NCBI GenBank assembly: GCA_030697685.1
Contig: JAUYPF010000048.1
Span: forward strand, 1 to 58,702
DNA length: 58,702 nt
Direction of reading: 5' to 3'
From: a bacterium
GTDB taxonomy: Archaea > Nanobdellota > Nanobdellia > SCGC-AAA011-G17 > GW2011-AR17
The first letter of the stretch is position 1. The number at the start of each line of letters is the position of its first letter. The notes under the pieces were generated by a model. It had not been told where the DNA came from and did no database searches. It was given only the letters and a program-made list of their open reading frames with translations. Below are positions 47,693-57,053 of this stretch, piece by piece. Both the position numbers and the translations under genes were made by a program.

Positions 47693-48538
47693 TTACAAGA
47701 AATACAACAGAAAAATAAGCAGTGCTACCCAAAGCAGAATGCCTACAAGAAGCCTTGTATCCTTATAAAATTGTTCTGGGTGGCGTGCGATCACACTTTT
47801 TGTTTCTATAAGATAAAAGTATCTGAGAATAACATAAAGCGCAAATGGTAGACTATACACTAATTTAGGGTAAATGCTGAGGAAAGAATAGAGACTGTAC
47901 GAGAGTAAGAGTGCTGTTGTTGCAATAATCATCAAAGTATTTGTGATATTAACTTCATAATCTTGAAGAACTTTTTTATGGAGACTTGCTTTATTCTTTA
48001 ATATGGAGATGTCTGCTTTGCGCTTTCCCACAACAATAAATAAGCTAAGGAAGAAGGTGCAAAGAATGAGCCATGGGCTTAAGCGTATATCGAGAATGAA
48101 TGAACCTGCCATTGCCCTTAGCACGAAATTTGTGGAGATGAAAATAATATCTACAAAGAGCTCCTCTTTGAAATATAAGGAATATAATTGCGTGAGGAAG
48201 AAGAAAATTAAGAGAAGGACAAAAAAGATTTCTGAAAGAAAGAATGCCAGGACTAATGAACTTGTAGCTAAAAGAAAAGCTAGGATTGTTGCTGTCATTA
48301 TGGATATTTTCCCTGAAGCAATAGGACGATCTTTTTTCTCTGGATGTATTTTATCTTTTTCACGATCAAGAATATCATTGAGAATATAATTAGTTGAGGA
48401 CATCAAACAAAGCGCAAAAAATCCTACAATTGTAAGGAAGATACTTTTTGGATCTCCAAGTAAGCCTGCAAAAACTAAAGGTAAAAATATTAAAAGATTC
48501 TTATACCACTGCTGGACACGAAAAAGCTGGAAAAACAT
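47693..48538 (-). CDS. UbiA prenyltransferase family (decaprenyl-phosphate phosphoribosyltransferase-like)
   Basis: R..QW.KN, Y..ND..D...D..HP.K..RPIASG, YS...K, KR. Confidence 0.9.
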   Translation of the reverse strand: MFFQLFRVQQWYKNLLIFLPLVFAGLLGDPKSIFLTIVGFFALCLMSSTNYILNDILDREKDKIHPEKKDRPIASGKISIMTATILAFLLATSSLVLAFFLSEIFFVLLLIFFFLTQLYSLYFKEELFVDIIFISTNFVLRAMAGSFILDIRLSPWLILCTFFLSLFIVVGKRKADISILKNKASLHKKVLQDYEVNITNTLMIIATTALLLSYSLYSFLSIYPKLVYSLPFALYVILRYFYLIETKSVIARHPEQFYKDTRLLVGILLWVALLIFLLYFL

Positions 48539-48630
48539 AATAAATAAATTTTATTCTTCTTTTTAAGGACTATTTTTCTCAATAATAACCATTAGAAAGT
48601 TTAATAAATCAAAAATTCTTTTTTCTAGAG

Positions 48631-49185
48631 ATGAAAAAGAGTCTTGTTTTGCTCATTTTGGTGATTTTTCTTTTAGGATGCTCCTCAGAAGAAAGTACAG
48701 AAACAAGTGTTGAGATAGAAAATAGCGAGGGAATAGTTATGGAAGAAATACAAGAAAATCAAATTTATGCAGTTATGGAAACAAGCAAAGGAACTATCAA
48801 AGTTCTTCTCTATGAGGAAACAGCTATTACAAAAGAAAATTTCGTTTCTCTTATTGAAGAAGGATTCTATAATGGATTAACATTTCATCGTTATGAGCCA
48901 GGATTTGTCATTCAAGGAGGAGATCCTAATGGTGATGGCACTGGAGGAAGTGAGAAAACAATAGCTTTAGAAGTTGTTGGAAAAAGTCATTCTCGTGGAA
49001 CTGTAGGTATGGCACGAAGTTCAGACCCTAATAGTGCTAGTTCACAATTTTTCTTTAATCTTGCAGATAATACTTTTTTAGATAGTGGATATACAGTGTT
49101 TGGAGAAGTTACTGAAGGACTTGATGTGATGGATTATTTACGCGCTGGAGATACTATTACAAGTATCACTATTAGTCAAACGTAA
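48631..49185 (+). CDS. Cyclophilin-type peptidyl-prolyl isomerase, lipoprotein
   Basis: LLGC lipobox; FY.GL.FHR..PGFVIQGGDP, SASSQFF, YTVFG.V. Confidence 0.93.
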   Translation: MKKSLVLLILVIFLLGCSSEESTETSVEIENSEGIVMEEIQENQIYAVMETSKGTIKVLLYEETAITKENFVSLIEEGFYNGLTFHRYEPGFVIQGGDPNGDGTGGSEKTIALEVVGKSHSRGTVGMARSSDPNSASSQFFFNLADNTFLDSGYTVFGEVTEGLDVMDYLRAGDTITSITISQT

Positions 49186-50156
49186 CCTTTGAGATTAATC
49201 TTATGCCAATCCCAAGCACTCTGAATCATATCTTTTAATTCATATCTTGGCTGCCAGCCTAACTCTTTCTTTATTTTTTCTGCAGAAGCATATAATACTG
49301 GAGGATCACCAGCTCTTCTTTCTTTTTCTTGAATAGAAATCTTTTTTCCTGTTACTTCTTCACAGATTTTCAAAACTTCTCTATTACTATAGCCTTTTCC
49401 TATACCCAAATTATAGAATTTTGATTCTCCACCTTTATCTAAATGTTTTAATGCAAGAATGTGTGCTTCTGCTAAATCAAGAACATGAACATAATCACGA
49501 ATACATGTCCCATCAGATGTATCATAATCTGTTCCAAATAATTCAAAATGTTCTATTTCACCAAGAGCCACTTTTAAGGCAATAGGAATAATGTGTGTTT
49601 CTGGTCTGTGATCCTCACCTATATCATACGCTGCGCCTGCTGCATTAAAATAACGAAAAGCAACAAAATGTAAAGAATAATTATCTGAATAAAATTTCAA
49701 TGCTTGTTCGAAAAGAAGTTTTGTAAGACCATAAGGGTTTACTGGATGCTGTTCTAGACCTTCATGTATAGGTATTTCTTTTGGAAGTCCATAGGTTGCA
49801 CAAGATGAAGAAAAAACAATATTCTTAATATTCTTTTTATTTAGACATTCTAGGAATATGAGACTTTTTATTAAGTTATTATTATAATAGATATTTGGAT
49901 CTGTTACGGATTCCCCTACGTAGGCATAAGCTGCGAAGTGAATAACTGCATCAATAGCATGTTGGTCTAATAAGGCTAAAACTTTTTGTTCATCACTTAT
50001 ACTCATTTTTATAAAAGTAACTTCTTTAGGTAAAGATTCTATATGACCACGAGAAAGATTATCTAATACAATGACTTTATAGCCTTCTTCTAGAAGTCTT
50101 CTTACTGTAATACTCCCAATGTATCCAGCTCCTCCTGTGACAAGAATAGTTTTCAT
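49176..50156 (-). CDS. galE: UDP-glucose 4-epimerase
   Basis: GGAGYIGS, HFAA..VGES, PYG.TK, RYFN.AGA, DGT.IRDY.HV. Confidence 0.95.
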   Translation of the reverse strand: MKTILVTGGAGYIGSITVRRLLEEGYKVIVLDNLSRGHIESLPKEVTFIKMSISDEQKVLALLDQHAIDAVIHFAAYAYVGESVTDPNIYYNNNLIKSLIFLECLNKKNIKNIVFSSSCATYGLPKEIPIHEGLEQHPVNPYGLTKLLFEQALKFYSDNYSLHFVAFRYFNAAGAAYDIGEDHRPETHIIPIALKVALGEIEHFELFGTDYDTSDGTCIRDYVHVLDLAEAHILALKHLDKGGESKFYNLGIGKGYSNREVLKICEEVTGKKISIQEKERRAGDPPVLYASAEKIKKELGWQPRYELKDMIQSAWDWHKINLKGYV

Positions 50157-51526
50157 TGTATAATATCTGGTCTCCCTATGGAAAAATAGTTAAAATCTTC
50201 TTCTTTCATTTGAAGATAATTTAAAACATCTTTCCCATCAAAGATTATTTTATTTTTTAATTTATTTCTTAAAATATCAAAGTCTGGTTGTCTATATACT
50301 TTCCAATCATTCGTTATACACAAAATATCAGAATTATTGACAGCTTCATACATATCATTGATCAAAGAGAAATTGGACAGATCAACGCCTTTTCTTTGCA
50401 GTTCCTTTAGAAACTCCTCTCCTGCTTGAGGATCATGTGCACGAACTTTTGCTCCTCTTTCTAGTACATCTTTCACTATGATAAGAGATGCTGCATCACG
50501 AACATCATTTGTATCTTTTTTGAAAGCCAAACCCCAAATTGCGATGGTACACTTTGAGAGATCTTCTCCAAAAAGAGAAATGATTTTTTTATTGAGTTTC
50601 TTTTTTTGATCTTCATTTTGTTCTAAAATTATGTTTAAAGACTGTACAGTGCATTCATCTAAGCCTAAGTCTTCTGCTGTTCGTTTTAATGCAGAAACAT
50701 CTTTTCTAAAACAAGATCCACCGAAGCCAAGACCAGGATGGACAAATCTTCCAATCCTTTCATCCCCCAGAACTGCAGGAATAATCGCACGCCAATTTGC
50801 ACCAGCTTCATGAGAAATATTTGCAAGCACATTTGTTATATGTACTTGTGCAGCAAGGTAGGTATTGAATGCATATTTGGATAACTCTGCATCACGAAGA
50901 CCCATGACATGTATTCTGCCACTTTGATGTGGAAAAAAGAAAGGAGAGTATATCTCGCGTAATATTTTTTCTGCTCTTGGAGAGTCAACACCTATGATTA
51001 CTCTATTTGGATACAATGCATCTTTGACAGCACTCCCTTCTGCAAGTGTTTCTGGATTTGAAGCTACATCGAATTCACCAAGATAATACTTTTTTATTAT
51101 TTCTTTTACTCGTTCTGCCGTTCCAATAGGCACAGTACTTTTATCTACCACAAGTTTGTAACTGGGATGAACTTGTAGCACTTCTCCAATTGTTTTTGCA
51201 ATATCTTCCACATAGCTTACATTTGCTTTTCCTTCTTTATCATCAAAAGGAGTTCCTACTGCAATAAAAATAACTTCAGAATCTCTTATTGCAGATTTTG
51301 CATCTACTGTAAAGAATAATCTTCCTTCTCTAGAATTTCTTCTGAAAAGTTCTTCTAAGCCTTCTTCATAAATGGGAAGCGTATTTGTTTCGTTTCGACA
51401 ATATGCACTAAGATTATCTATTTTTTTATTATCAACATCAAAAAGAATAACTTTGTGTCCTTGATTTGCCATAACTGCCGCATGGACAATGCCTACAAAC
51501 CCTGCACCAGCAACTGCTATTTTCAT
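50153..51526 (-). CDS. ugd: UDP-glucose 6-dehydrogenase
   Basis: G.G.VG, AVGTP, KSTVP.GT, SNPE.L.EG, GFGGSCF.KD, GLAFK..T.D.R. Confidence 0.93.
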   Translation of the reverse strand: MKIAVAGAGFVGIVHAAVMANQGHKVILFDVDNKKIDNLSAYCRNETNTLPIYEEGLEELFRRNSREGRLFFTVDAKSAIRDSEVIFIAVGTPFDDKEGKANVSYVEDIAKTIGEVLQVHPSYKLVVDKSTVPIGTAERVKEIIKKYYLGEFDVASNPETLAEGSAVKDALYPNRVIIGVDSPRAEKILREIYSPFFFPHQSGRIHVMGLRDAELSKYAFNTYLAAQVHITNVLANISHEAGANWRAIIPAVLGDERIGRFVHPGLGFGGSCFRKDVSALKRTAEDLGLDECTVQSLNIILEQNEDQKKKLNKKIISLFGEDLSKCTIAIWGLAFKKDTNDVRDAASLIIVKDVLERGAKVRAHDPQAGEEFLKELQRKGVDLSNFSLINDMYEAVNNSDILCITNDWKVYRQPDFDILRNKLKNKIIFDGKDVLNYLQMKEEDFNYFSIGRPDIIQ

Positions 51527-51619
51527 ATAAGGTTTTTCCTTTAGAAGATTTATAAGGGTTGTGGAGCGGGCATTGTTACCTATAGATTTTTAAGTAAATT
51601 TAACTTATTTTTAGATAAG

Positions 51620-51838
51620 ATGACAAAAAAATATACTGTTATTGTAGAGCAAGGGGAAGATGGATATCTTCTTTCTGGAGTTCTTGAGCTTCCTGGTTGC
51701 CACACTCAAGCAAAAACGTACGATGAGCTTATGAAACGGACTAAAGAAGCAATTTCCCTTTATTTAGAAGTTAAAGGATCACCAAAAAGTAAAAGCACAT
51801 TTCTTAGTTTACAACAATTAGAAGTTGATGCAGCATAA
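51620..51838 (+). CDS. hicB: HicB-family antitoxin (short, no DNA-binding domain)
   Basis: EDG.....V.ELPGC.TQ..T.DE......EAI.LYLE. Confidence 0.88.
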   Translation: MTKKYTVIVEQGEDGYLLSGVLELPGCHTQAKTYDELMKRTKEAISLYLEVKGSPKSKSTFLSLQQLEVDAA

Positions 51839-52038
51839 TGTCAGATAAAATTCCTTTACTTAAAGCAAAAGATGTTGCAAAAGTTCTTGAAAAATTAGGC
51901 TTTCAGTTTAAGAGACAAAAAGGAAGCCATATGTTTTTTGAACATCCTGATGAAGATATTGATATAGGTCTTTTGAATAAAATAATTAAACAAGATTTGC
52001 AAATTAGCAGAGAGGAGTTCTTGAAACACTTAAAGTAA
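51838..52038 (+). CDS. hicA: HicA-family toxin, apparently with an internal deletion
   Basis: L...GF...RQKGSH....HPD and GLL.KIIKQ....EEF; the usual GR.T.VP.H segment is absent. Confidence 0.8.
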   Translation: MSDKIPLLKAKDVAKVLEKLGFQFKRQKGSHMFFEHPDEDIDIGLLNKIIKQDLQISREEFLKHLK

Positions 52039-52039
52039 A

Positions 52040-52828
52040 TTACCCAATTACACTGGTCTTAATCATTTCTTTACAAGAACATTCTGTGTGTTGGATCTTT
52101 GGAATAAGCTCTTTCAATAAGGATTTTACCTTCTCTGCATTCTCATGCATGACTCGTAATACTTCTTCAAGAGTCACAGGCTCTCTTGTATCCATAAAAC
52201 AGTCGTAGTCCGTTGACATAGCAATACTTGCATAACACAAGCCAGCTTCACGTGCTAAAACCACTTCAGGAACTGTACTCATGTTAATAATATGTGCACC
52301 CCAAGAACGAAAGATATGTGATTCTGCTTTTGTTGAAAATCTTGGGCCTTCAATGGTCACTACAGTTCCTTTTTTATGATAGGTGAGCTTTTGTTGTTCT
52401 GCTACATTAATTATATATGCGCGTAGTTTTGCACAGAAAGGTTCAGCCATAGGAATGTGACAGACTTTGTTTGTATCATAGAATGTTTGTGCGCGTTTTG
52501 TTGTTCTATCTATGAATTGATCTGGGAAGACTAAATTACCTGGAGCAATATCTTCACGAAGAGAGCCTACTGCTGTTGTTGCAATAATGTGTGTGCAGCC
52601 TAGTTCTTTTAATGCCCAGATGTTTGCACGATAATTGACATTTGAAGGCATGATTTGGTGCTTCTTTCCATGGCGTGCAAGGATTGCAACGTCTACACCA
52701 TTTAGTTTCCCTGTAGTTATAGAAGAGGAGGGATGGCCATAGGGAGTTACTAGGTCTATATTTTCATAATTTTCTAGGAGTTTCGGATCGTCAAGACCTG
52801 AGCCACCAATAATTCCGATTTTGATCAT
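52040..52828 (-). CDS. mtnP: S-methyl-5'-thioadenosine phosphorylase
   Basis: [42 protein letters not shown]. Confidence 0.95.
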   Translation of the reverse strand: MIKIGIIGGSGLDDPKLLENYENIDLVTPYGHPSSSITTGKLNGVDVAILARHGKKHQIMPSNVNYRANIWALKELGCTHIIATTAVGSLREDIAPGNLVFPDQFIDRTTKRAQTFYDTNKVCHIPMAEPFCAKLRAYIINVAEQQKLTYHKKGTVVTIEGPRFSTKAESHIFRSWGAHIINMSTVPEVVLAREAGLCYASIAMSTDYDCFMDTREPVTLEEVLRVMHENAEKVKSLLKELIPKIQHTECSCKEMIKTSVIG

Positions 52829-52917
52829 ATGAAAAATATTATTTTGAGGATTTAAAAGAATTGTTGTTCCTATTTTATGTAGAAAATTATTTAAACTTCT
52901 CTTTCTTAGACTTTCTT

Positions 52918-53262
52918 ATGAGTAATATCAAAAAAGGGAATGTGACCATTATGGTTGCAAATATGGATAGAGCTTTGAAATTCTATACTGAAGTTCTTGA
53001 GTTTAGCTTAAAAGAACGTTTTCAAAATGAATGGGCAGAAGTTGAAGCACCTGGAATGACTATTTGCTTCCATCCACAAAAAGGAAATAAGTCTCATGGA
53101 AGTGTCTCTCTTGGTTTTCAAGTGAAGAACATTAAAGAACTTGTTGCAAAATTGGAAAAGCAAGGTATTGCTATTGCAGTGAGAGATGAGGGCTATTTAA
53201 TGCTTGCAAGCTTTTCTGATCCTGATGGAACTCCTCTGTACTTTGCTGAGATGAAAAAGTAA
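52918..53262 (+). CDS. VOC/glyoxalase family protein
   Basis: V.NMDRA..FY..VL, F.V..I, F.DPDG. Confidence 0.88.
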   Translation: MSNIKKGNVTIMVANMDRALKFYTEVLEFSLKERFQNEWAEVEAPGMTICFHPQKGNKSHGSVSLGFQVKNIKELVAKLEKQGIAIAVRDEGYLMLASFSDPDGTPLYFAEMKK

Positions 53263-53298
53263 GGCTTATAAAGTCTTTTCTAGTTTTCTAATCCCTAT

Positions 53299-53374
53299 GG
53301 GGCTGTAGTATAATCTGGTAGTACAGCCGCCTCCAAAGCGGCTTGTTCGGGTTCAAATCCTGACAGCCCCACCA
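53299..53374 (+). tRNA. tRNA-Trp(CCA), intronless, 3' CCA encoded
   Basis: GGGGCTG/CAGCCCC, GCCGC-CTCCAAA-GCGGC, TCGGG-TTCAAAT-CCTGA, ACCA. Confidence 0.95.
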
Positions 53375-53377
53375 TTT

Positions 53378-53512
53378 TTATTTATATAGCAAACCTAAAG
53401 CCCCAAGAACAATAAATAGAATAATTCCTAGCAGAATTATAAGTGCTAAATTTGGTTCAAACCACAAATCATTTGCTATTCTCTTCCAACTTTTTATTAT
53501 GATGTTTTGCAT
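53378..53512 (-). CDS. Small (44 aa) membrane protein, not in ORF track
   Basis: MQNIIIKSWKRIANDLWFEPNLALIILLGIILFIVLGALGLLYK*; GGAG upstream. Confidence 0.5.
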   Translation of the reverse strand: MQNIIIKSWKRIANDLWFEPNLALIILLGIILFIVLGALGLLYK

Positions 53513-53536
53513 TAGTTCTCCGATACTCGTGAATTA

Positions 53537-54694
53537 CTATGACCTAACACTTGTTAGTGTTGAGGTTATAGCTTCTTGTTTCATTGAACTACTTTCTGTT
53601 TCGTTCTCCACAAAGCCCAATCCCTGAGCCAAGATATTTTTTGCAGAATTTACATCTCTATCTAATTTTAGACCACAATCACAAAAATATGTTCTTTGTG
53701 ACAAAGGCATAGATTGGAGTTCCCCGCAATTACTACACTTTTTGCTTGTATTTCTTGGATTCACTTCTATTATTTTAGTTCCAGCACTTTCAGCCTTGAA
53801 CTTCAACATAGAAACAAATTTACCCCACGAAACATCAGCAAAATTTCTTCTATTCCAAAAACGATTCCTCTCCTTACTCATCATCTGCTTTATCCCAAGT
53901 TTTTCTACACAAATAACTTTATTTTCAGAAACGAGTTTTGTAGAAACTTTGTGCAAAAAATCATTCCTCTGATTTTCTACTCTCTCAAACAAAACACCTA
54001 ACCTTTGTTTAGCTTTATATCTGTTATTACTTCCTCTTTTTTTCTTTGATAAGTTTTGATGAGCTTTCTTGATTTTATTCAAACTCTTTTTCAAAAACAA
54101 AGGAGATTTTACTTTATTACCTTTATCATCAGCAATAAAATTAATTATTCCCAGATCAATACCAGTTACCCCTTCCCCACCAACTTTTTTGTATTCTTCA
54201 TCTGTTATCATAATCGCATACCATTTTCCAGCAGTCTTTTTTATTGTTACTTGCTTGATTTTTCCATCAGTAACTCTATGGCATCTAATATCTATTTCTC
54301 CAATCTTTGATAAACTTAATTTTCCAAATCGGTTTCCTGTTTGTCGTAACTTGAACCCACTTTGATTATAATTTATTGTTTTGAACCAATCCCTTCCTTT
54401 GAAACGCAACTTACCAACCTTTCTACCATTCTTTTTTAATTGACTTAATCCCCTTAAGTTATTGAATAATCTATAACATTCATATTGCAAGGTTTTAGAA
54501 TAAACTCCATTCAATTCAGGAAACTCTTTTTTTAATTTTAAAATACTGTGTTGAATTTCTCCACGATTTATTTTAGTTTGTTTATTCAGTTTTTCTAATA
54601 ATTGGTTATACACGAAACGGCAAGACTTGAAAGTTTGAAACAAAGTTTGTTCTTGTTTCTTTGAAGGATACAAACGAAATTTATATGCTTTCAT
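53537..54694 (-). CDS. tnpB: TnpB RNA-guided endonuclease
   Basis: KAYKFRLYP, RuvC GIDLG / VEKL / DRDVNSA, CSNC..CDC zinc finger. Confidence 0.95.
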   Translation of the reverse strand: MKAYKFRLYPSKKQEQTLFQTFKSCRFVYNQLLEKLNKQTKINRGEIQHSILKLKKEFPELNGVYSKTLQYECYRLFNNLRGLSQLKKNGRKVGKLRFKGRDWFKTINYNQSGFKLRQTGNRFGKLSLSKIGEIDIRCHRVTDGKIKQVTIKKTAGKWYAIMITDEEYKKVGGEGVTGIDLGIINFIADDKGNKVKSPLFLKKSLNKIKKAHQNLSKKKRGSNNRYKAKQRLGVLFERVENQRNDFLHKVSTKLVSENKVICVEKLGIKQMMSKERNRFWNRRNFADVSWGKFVSMLKFKAESAGTKIIEVNPRNTSKKCSNCGELQSMPLSQRTYFCDCGLKLDRDVNSAKNILAQGLGFVENETESSSMKQEAITSTLTSVRS

Positions 54695-55110
54695 AATTCT
54701 TTTCCCTTTCCTTGATTTTCAACATACTTTTTTACTTGCTCTAATGTTGTTTGACCAGTGGTTATCAAACAATAACTACTACTCCAAAAGACATCTCCCA
54801 AAAGTTTATCTTTTATTCTTGAATAATATCTGTTTCTTATTGCTTTTGAGGTTGCACTTTTCCAATTATTTATAAATTTCAGTAATTGTGTTTGAGGTTT
54901 GCATTTTAACAAAATATGAATATGGTCTAAATCTGTTTCAATGCAAGTTATTTGAATATCATAACTTTCAGCTATCTTGTGAGTTCTTGATTTTAGTTCT
55001 TCAATTATTTCGGGAAAATCTAAAACCTTTCTTCTATACTTTATACACTGCACAAAATGGTAATTCAGAGAATAAACTGAATGTGAGTTCTTATCAAATA
55101 CATATTTCAT
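54691..55110 (-). CDS. tnpA: IS200/IS605 Y1 HUH transposase
   Basis: YH.V...KYRR, DHIH, K..TS, FWS.SY, YVENQ. Confidence 0.95.
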   Translation of the reverse strand: MKYVFDKNSHSVYSLNYHFVQCIKYRRKVLDFPEIIEELKSRTHKIAESYDIQITCIETDLDHIHILLKCKPQTQLLKFINNWKSATSKAIRNRYYSRIKDKLLGDVFWSSSYCLITTGQTTLEQVKKYVENQGKGKEL

Positions 55111-55249
55111 AAATACTATTACTCCTTTACTCTTTATAAAGACATTGTTTGGTTATGCCAATTCATCTATACCCTAACAAGTTCAGGATATAGACTTCTT
55201 GGCGATAAGATTTAAGAGGGTTAAAATTCTTTTCATAAAGCTTTCCTAG

Positions 55250-55270
55250 AAAAAACCGGAAGATTTCCGG
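55250..55270 (-). terminator. Hairpin plus T-tract after the pilin-like operon
   Basis: Minus strand CCGGAA-ATC-TTCCGG-TTTTTT immediately after the stop at 55272. Confidence 0.55.
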
Positions 55271-55271
55271 A

Positions 55272-55721
55272 TTATTGAAAAATACTCTCTTCTGTTGTTG
55301 TATAAGGAATAGTTACTTTAAAATCTGGAGAAATAGTGTAAGTGTATACATCTTCTTGGAAGGTTAATTGCTTTGTTGTCTTTCCCACTATCGTCATTGT
55401 TCCTTCCTTTGCTGTATATGTAAAGGAATAATCTTCTATAGTTAAAGAATATTTCTTGAGATATTCACTAAATATTTTTTCAAAGTCATTTTCAAAATTT
55501 TCTTGAGAAGTTTGTTTTGCAGATAAAGTTGCTGCAAGTTCTATTGCATAGAGTTGTTGCTCTGCTTCTTGATAAGTTTCAAACACCTGAATTTCTTTCT
55601 CTCCTAAGTAGAGAGATTCTCCCCCAGGATTTTGTTTTCCTACAGAACCATAAAAGACAAAAATAGCTATAATAAAAGAAATTGCACAAATGTATAAGAA
55701 AATAAATGCTTTTTTATTCAT
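55272..55721 (-). CDS. Class III signal peptide (pilin-like) protein
   Basis: MNKKA|FIF followed by a hydrophobic helix. Confidence 0.7.
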   Translation of the reverse strand: MNKKAFIFLYICAISFIIAIFVFYGSVGKQNPGGESLYLGEKEIQVFETYQEAEQQLYAIELAATLSAKQTSQENFENDFEKIFSEYLKKYSLTIEDYSFTYTAKEGTMTIVGKTTKQLTFQEDVYTYTISPDFKVTIPYTTTEESIFQ

Positions 55722-56251
55722 TGGAAGACCTCTAATATAACCAGTACTTGTTCTTCAGGATTTACTGTAGGGAGATAGACTTGCCAATAATATTTATCTT
55801 CTCCTGGAAGTTGAGCTGTATATCTTGGAGTGCAACGAAATATATTCTCATTTTTAATATTAATAACCGTAATAAACCAATCATCACCATAAACAGGCTC
55901 TAAATAGTTATGGATTATATTTAGTAATTCTGTACTGCAAGTCATTTCGCTAGAGATTATCCCTTCTTTTATTATGGGCCGCAGAGACTCTTCCTGTATT
56001 ATAGGATAATTTGTAGGAAGGTGTGCAATCAACTCTCCAAAAGTATACTCCTCAGAAACTGGAAGTTTTAATAGATTTAAGAGGTCAGTACCAATGAGTT
56101 CTGTTTCTCCATGTAAAGCATTTTTTGCCTCATCTACACTAGAATTATAGTCTGCTTTTGCGATAGTAAGAGCGACTACACCAATAATAATAATAATGAT
56201 GGAAAGAACAAACTCTAAATTATCTTCTACTTGCGCTTTTTTATTTAGCAT
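55718..56251 (-). CDS. Class III signal peptide (pilin-like) protein
   Basis: MLNKKA|QVED followed by a hydrophobic helix. Confidence 0.75.
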   Translation of the reverse strand: MLNKKAQVEDNLEFVLSIIIIIIGVVALTIAKADYNSSVDEAKNALHGETELIGTDLLNLLKLPVSEEYTFGELIAHLPTNYPIIQEESLRPIIKEGIISSEMTCSTELLNIIHNYLEPVYGDDWFITVINIKNENIFRCTPRYTAQLPGEDKYYWQVYLPTVNPEEQVLVILEVFQ

Positions 56252-56676
56252 GCAGGCTCCTCAAACATGAATTGGACTGTTGCTGTACGATGTTCATTAT
56301 TTTCATAAACCCAGAGTGTTTTGTTTATTGTAACGGAATCATAAATTGTTCCTCCAATGCTTTTTCCTTCAATAGTAATATTTACTTTTTTTGTGATAAA
56401 GGTAAAACACTCCTCTAAATTTTTTTGAGAGAATTTACTGATATCTACTGTACCAGGTAATGTACGATCGATTTCTGGCTCTACATAAGTGAAGCATTCT
56501 CCATAGAGAAACTTTGCAATCATGATTTCTTCTAAAGCAGTATCCGTACATTGTACCTTTTCTGTTTGATAGTCTCTAAATGCACTATTAAGATACAAAA
56601 AAATGAATGTTAATAGAAAAAGAGCTACTAAGAAATAAATCCATTTGTATCCCAAAACAAATTGTCCTTTAGGCAT
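56245..56676 (-). CDS. Class III signal peptide (pilin-like) protein
   Basis: MPKG|QF followed by a hydrophobic helix. Confidence 0.7.
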   Translation of the reverse strand: MPKGQFVLGYKWIYFLVALFLLTFIFLYLNSAFRDYQTEKVQCTDTALEEIMIAKFLYGECFTYVEPEIDRTLPGTVDISKFSQKNLEECFTFITKKVNITIEGKSIGGTIYDSVTINKTLWVYENNEHRTATVQFMFEEPAC

Positions 56677-57016
56677 TTTTTTTCACCTGTATTGTATTTT
56701 CTCCTTGTTCTTTTCTTAGTGTGAGATTATAATAGGAGTAACCGTTGAAAAGATTATTATTTGTTGTTACTTTGATGTCTTCTTCTTGAATTTGTACTTC
56801 ATACATTTCTTTGAGTTTGTAGTTGTATTCAATAGCACCAGGAGAAGCTTGAATAGTTTCTATGAGGAGTTTGAGGTCTTCTTGTGCGTATATTTTGTTG
56901 ATGTTTGAAATGGAATCAAAGTTTGCTGCTGTTAAGATTAATATTCCTGCTACGAGAATACCAAGAATTGCTTCCATAGCAAAAAAGAACTGATGCTCCT
57001 CTCCCTTTTTATCCAT
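56669..57016 (-). CDS. Class III signal peptide (pilin-like) protein
   Basis: MDKKG|EE..FFFAMEAILGILVAGILI. Confidence 0.75.
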   Translation of the reverse strand: MDKKGEEHQFFFAMEAILGILVAGILILTAANFDSISNINKIYAQEDLKLLIETIQASPGAIEYNYKLKEMYEVQIQEEDIKVTTNNNLFNGYSYYNLTLRKEQGENTIQVKKNA

Positions 57017-57053
57017 ACTCTCCTAAGAAACTTTTTCCTTTAAATAATTGTTG

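Larger units (their letters stand above)
53529..55211 (-). mobile_element. IS200/IS605-family insertion sequence (tnpA + tnpB)
   Basis: Related subterminal hairpins at both ends (CTATATCCT..AGGGTATAG; CTATAACCT..AGGTCATAG); right end finishes TTCAC; left boundary inferred after TTAA. Confidence 0.85.

Noticed and set aside
53299..53530. tRNA-Trp as an integration site for an island
   Set aside because: No integrase and no duplicated tRNA 3' end seen; the adjacent IS605 inserts by its own tetranucleotide rule
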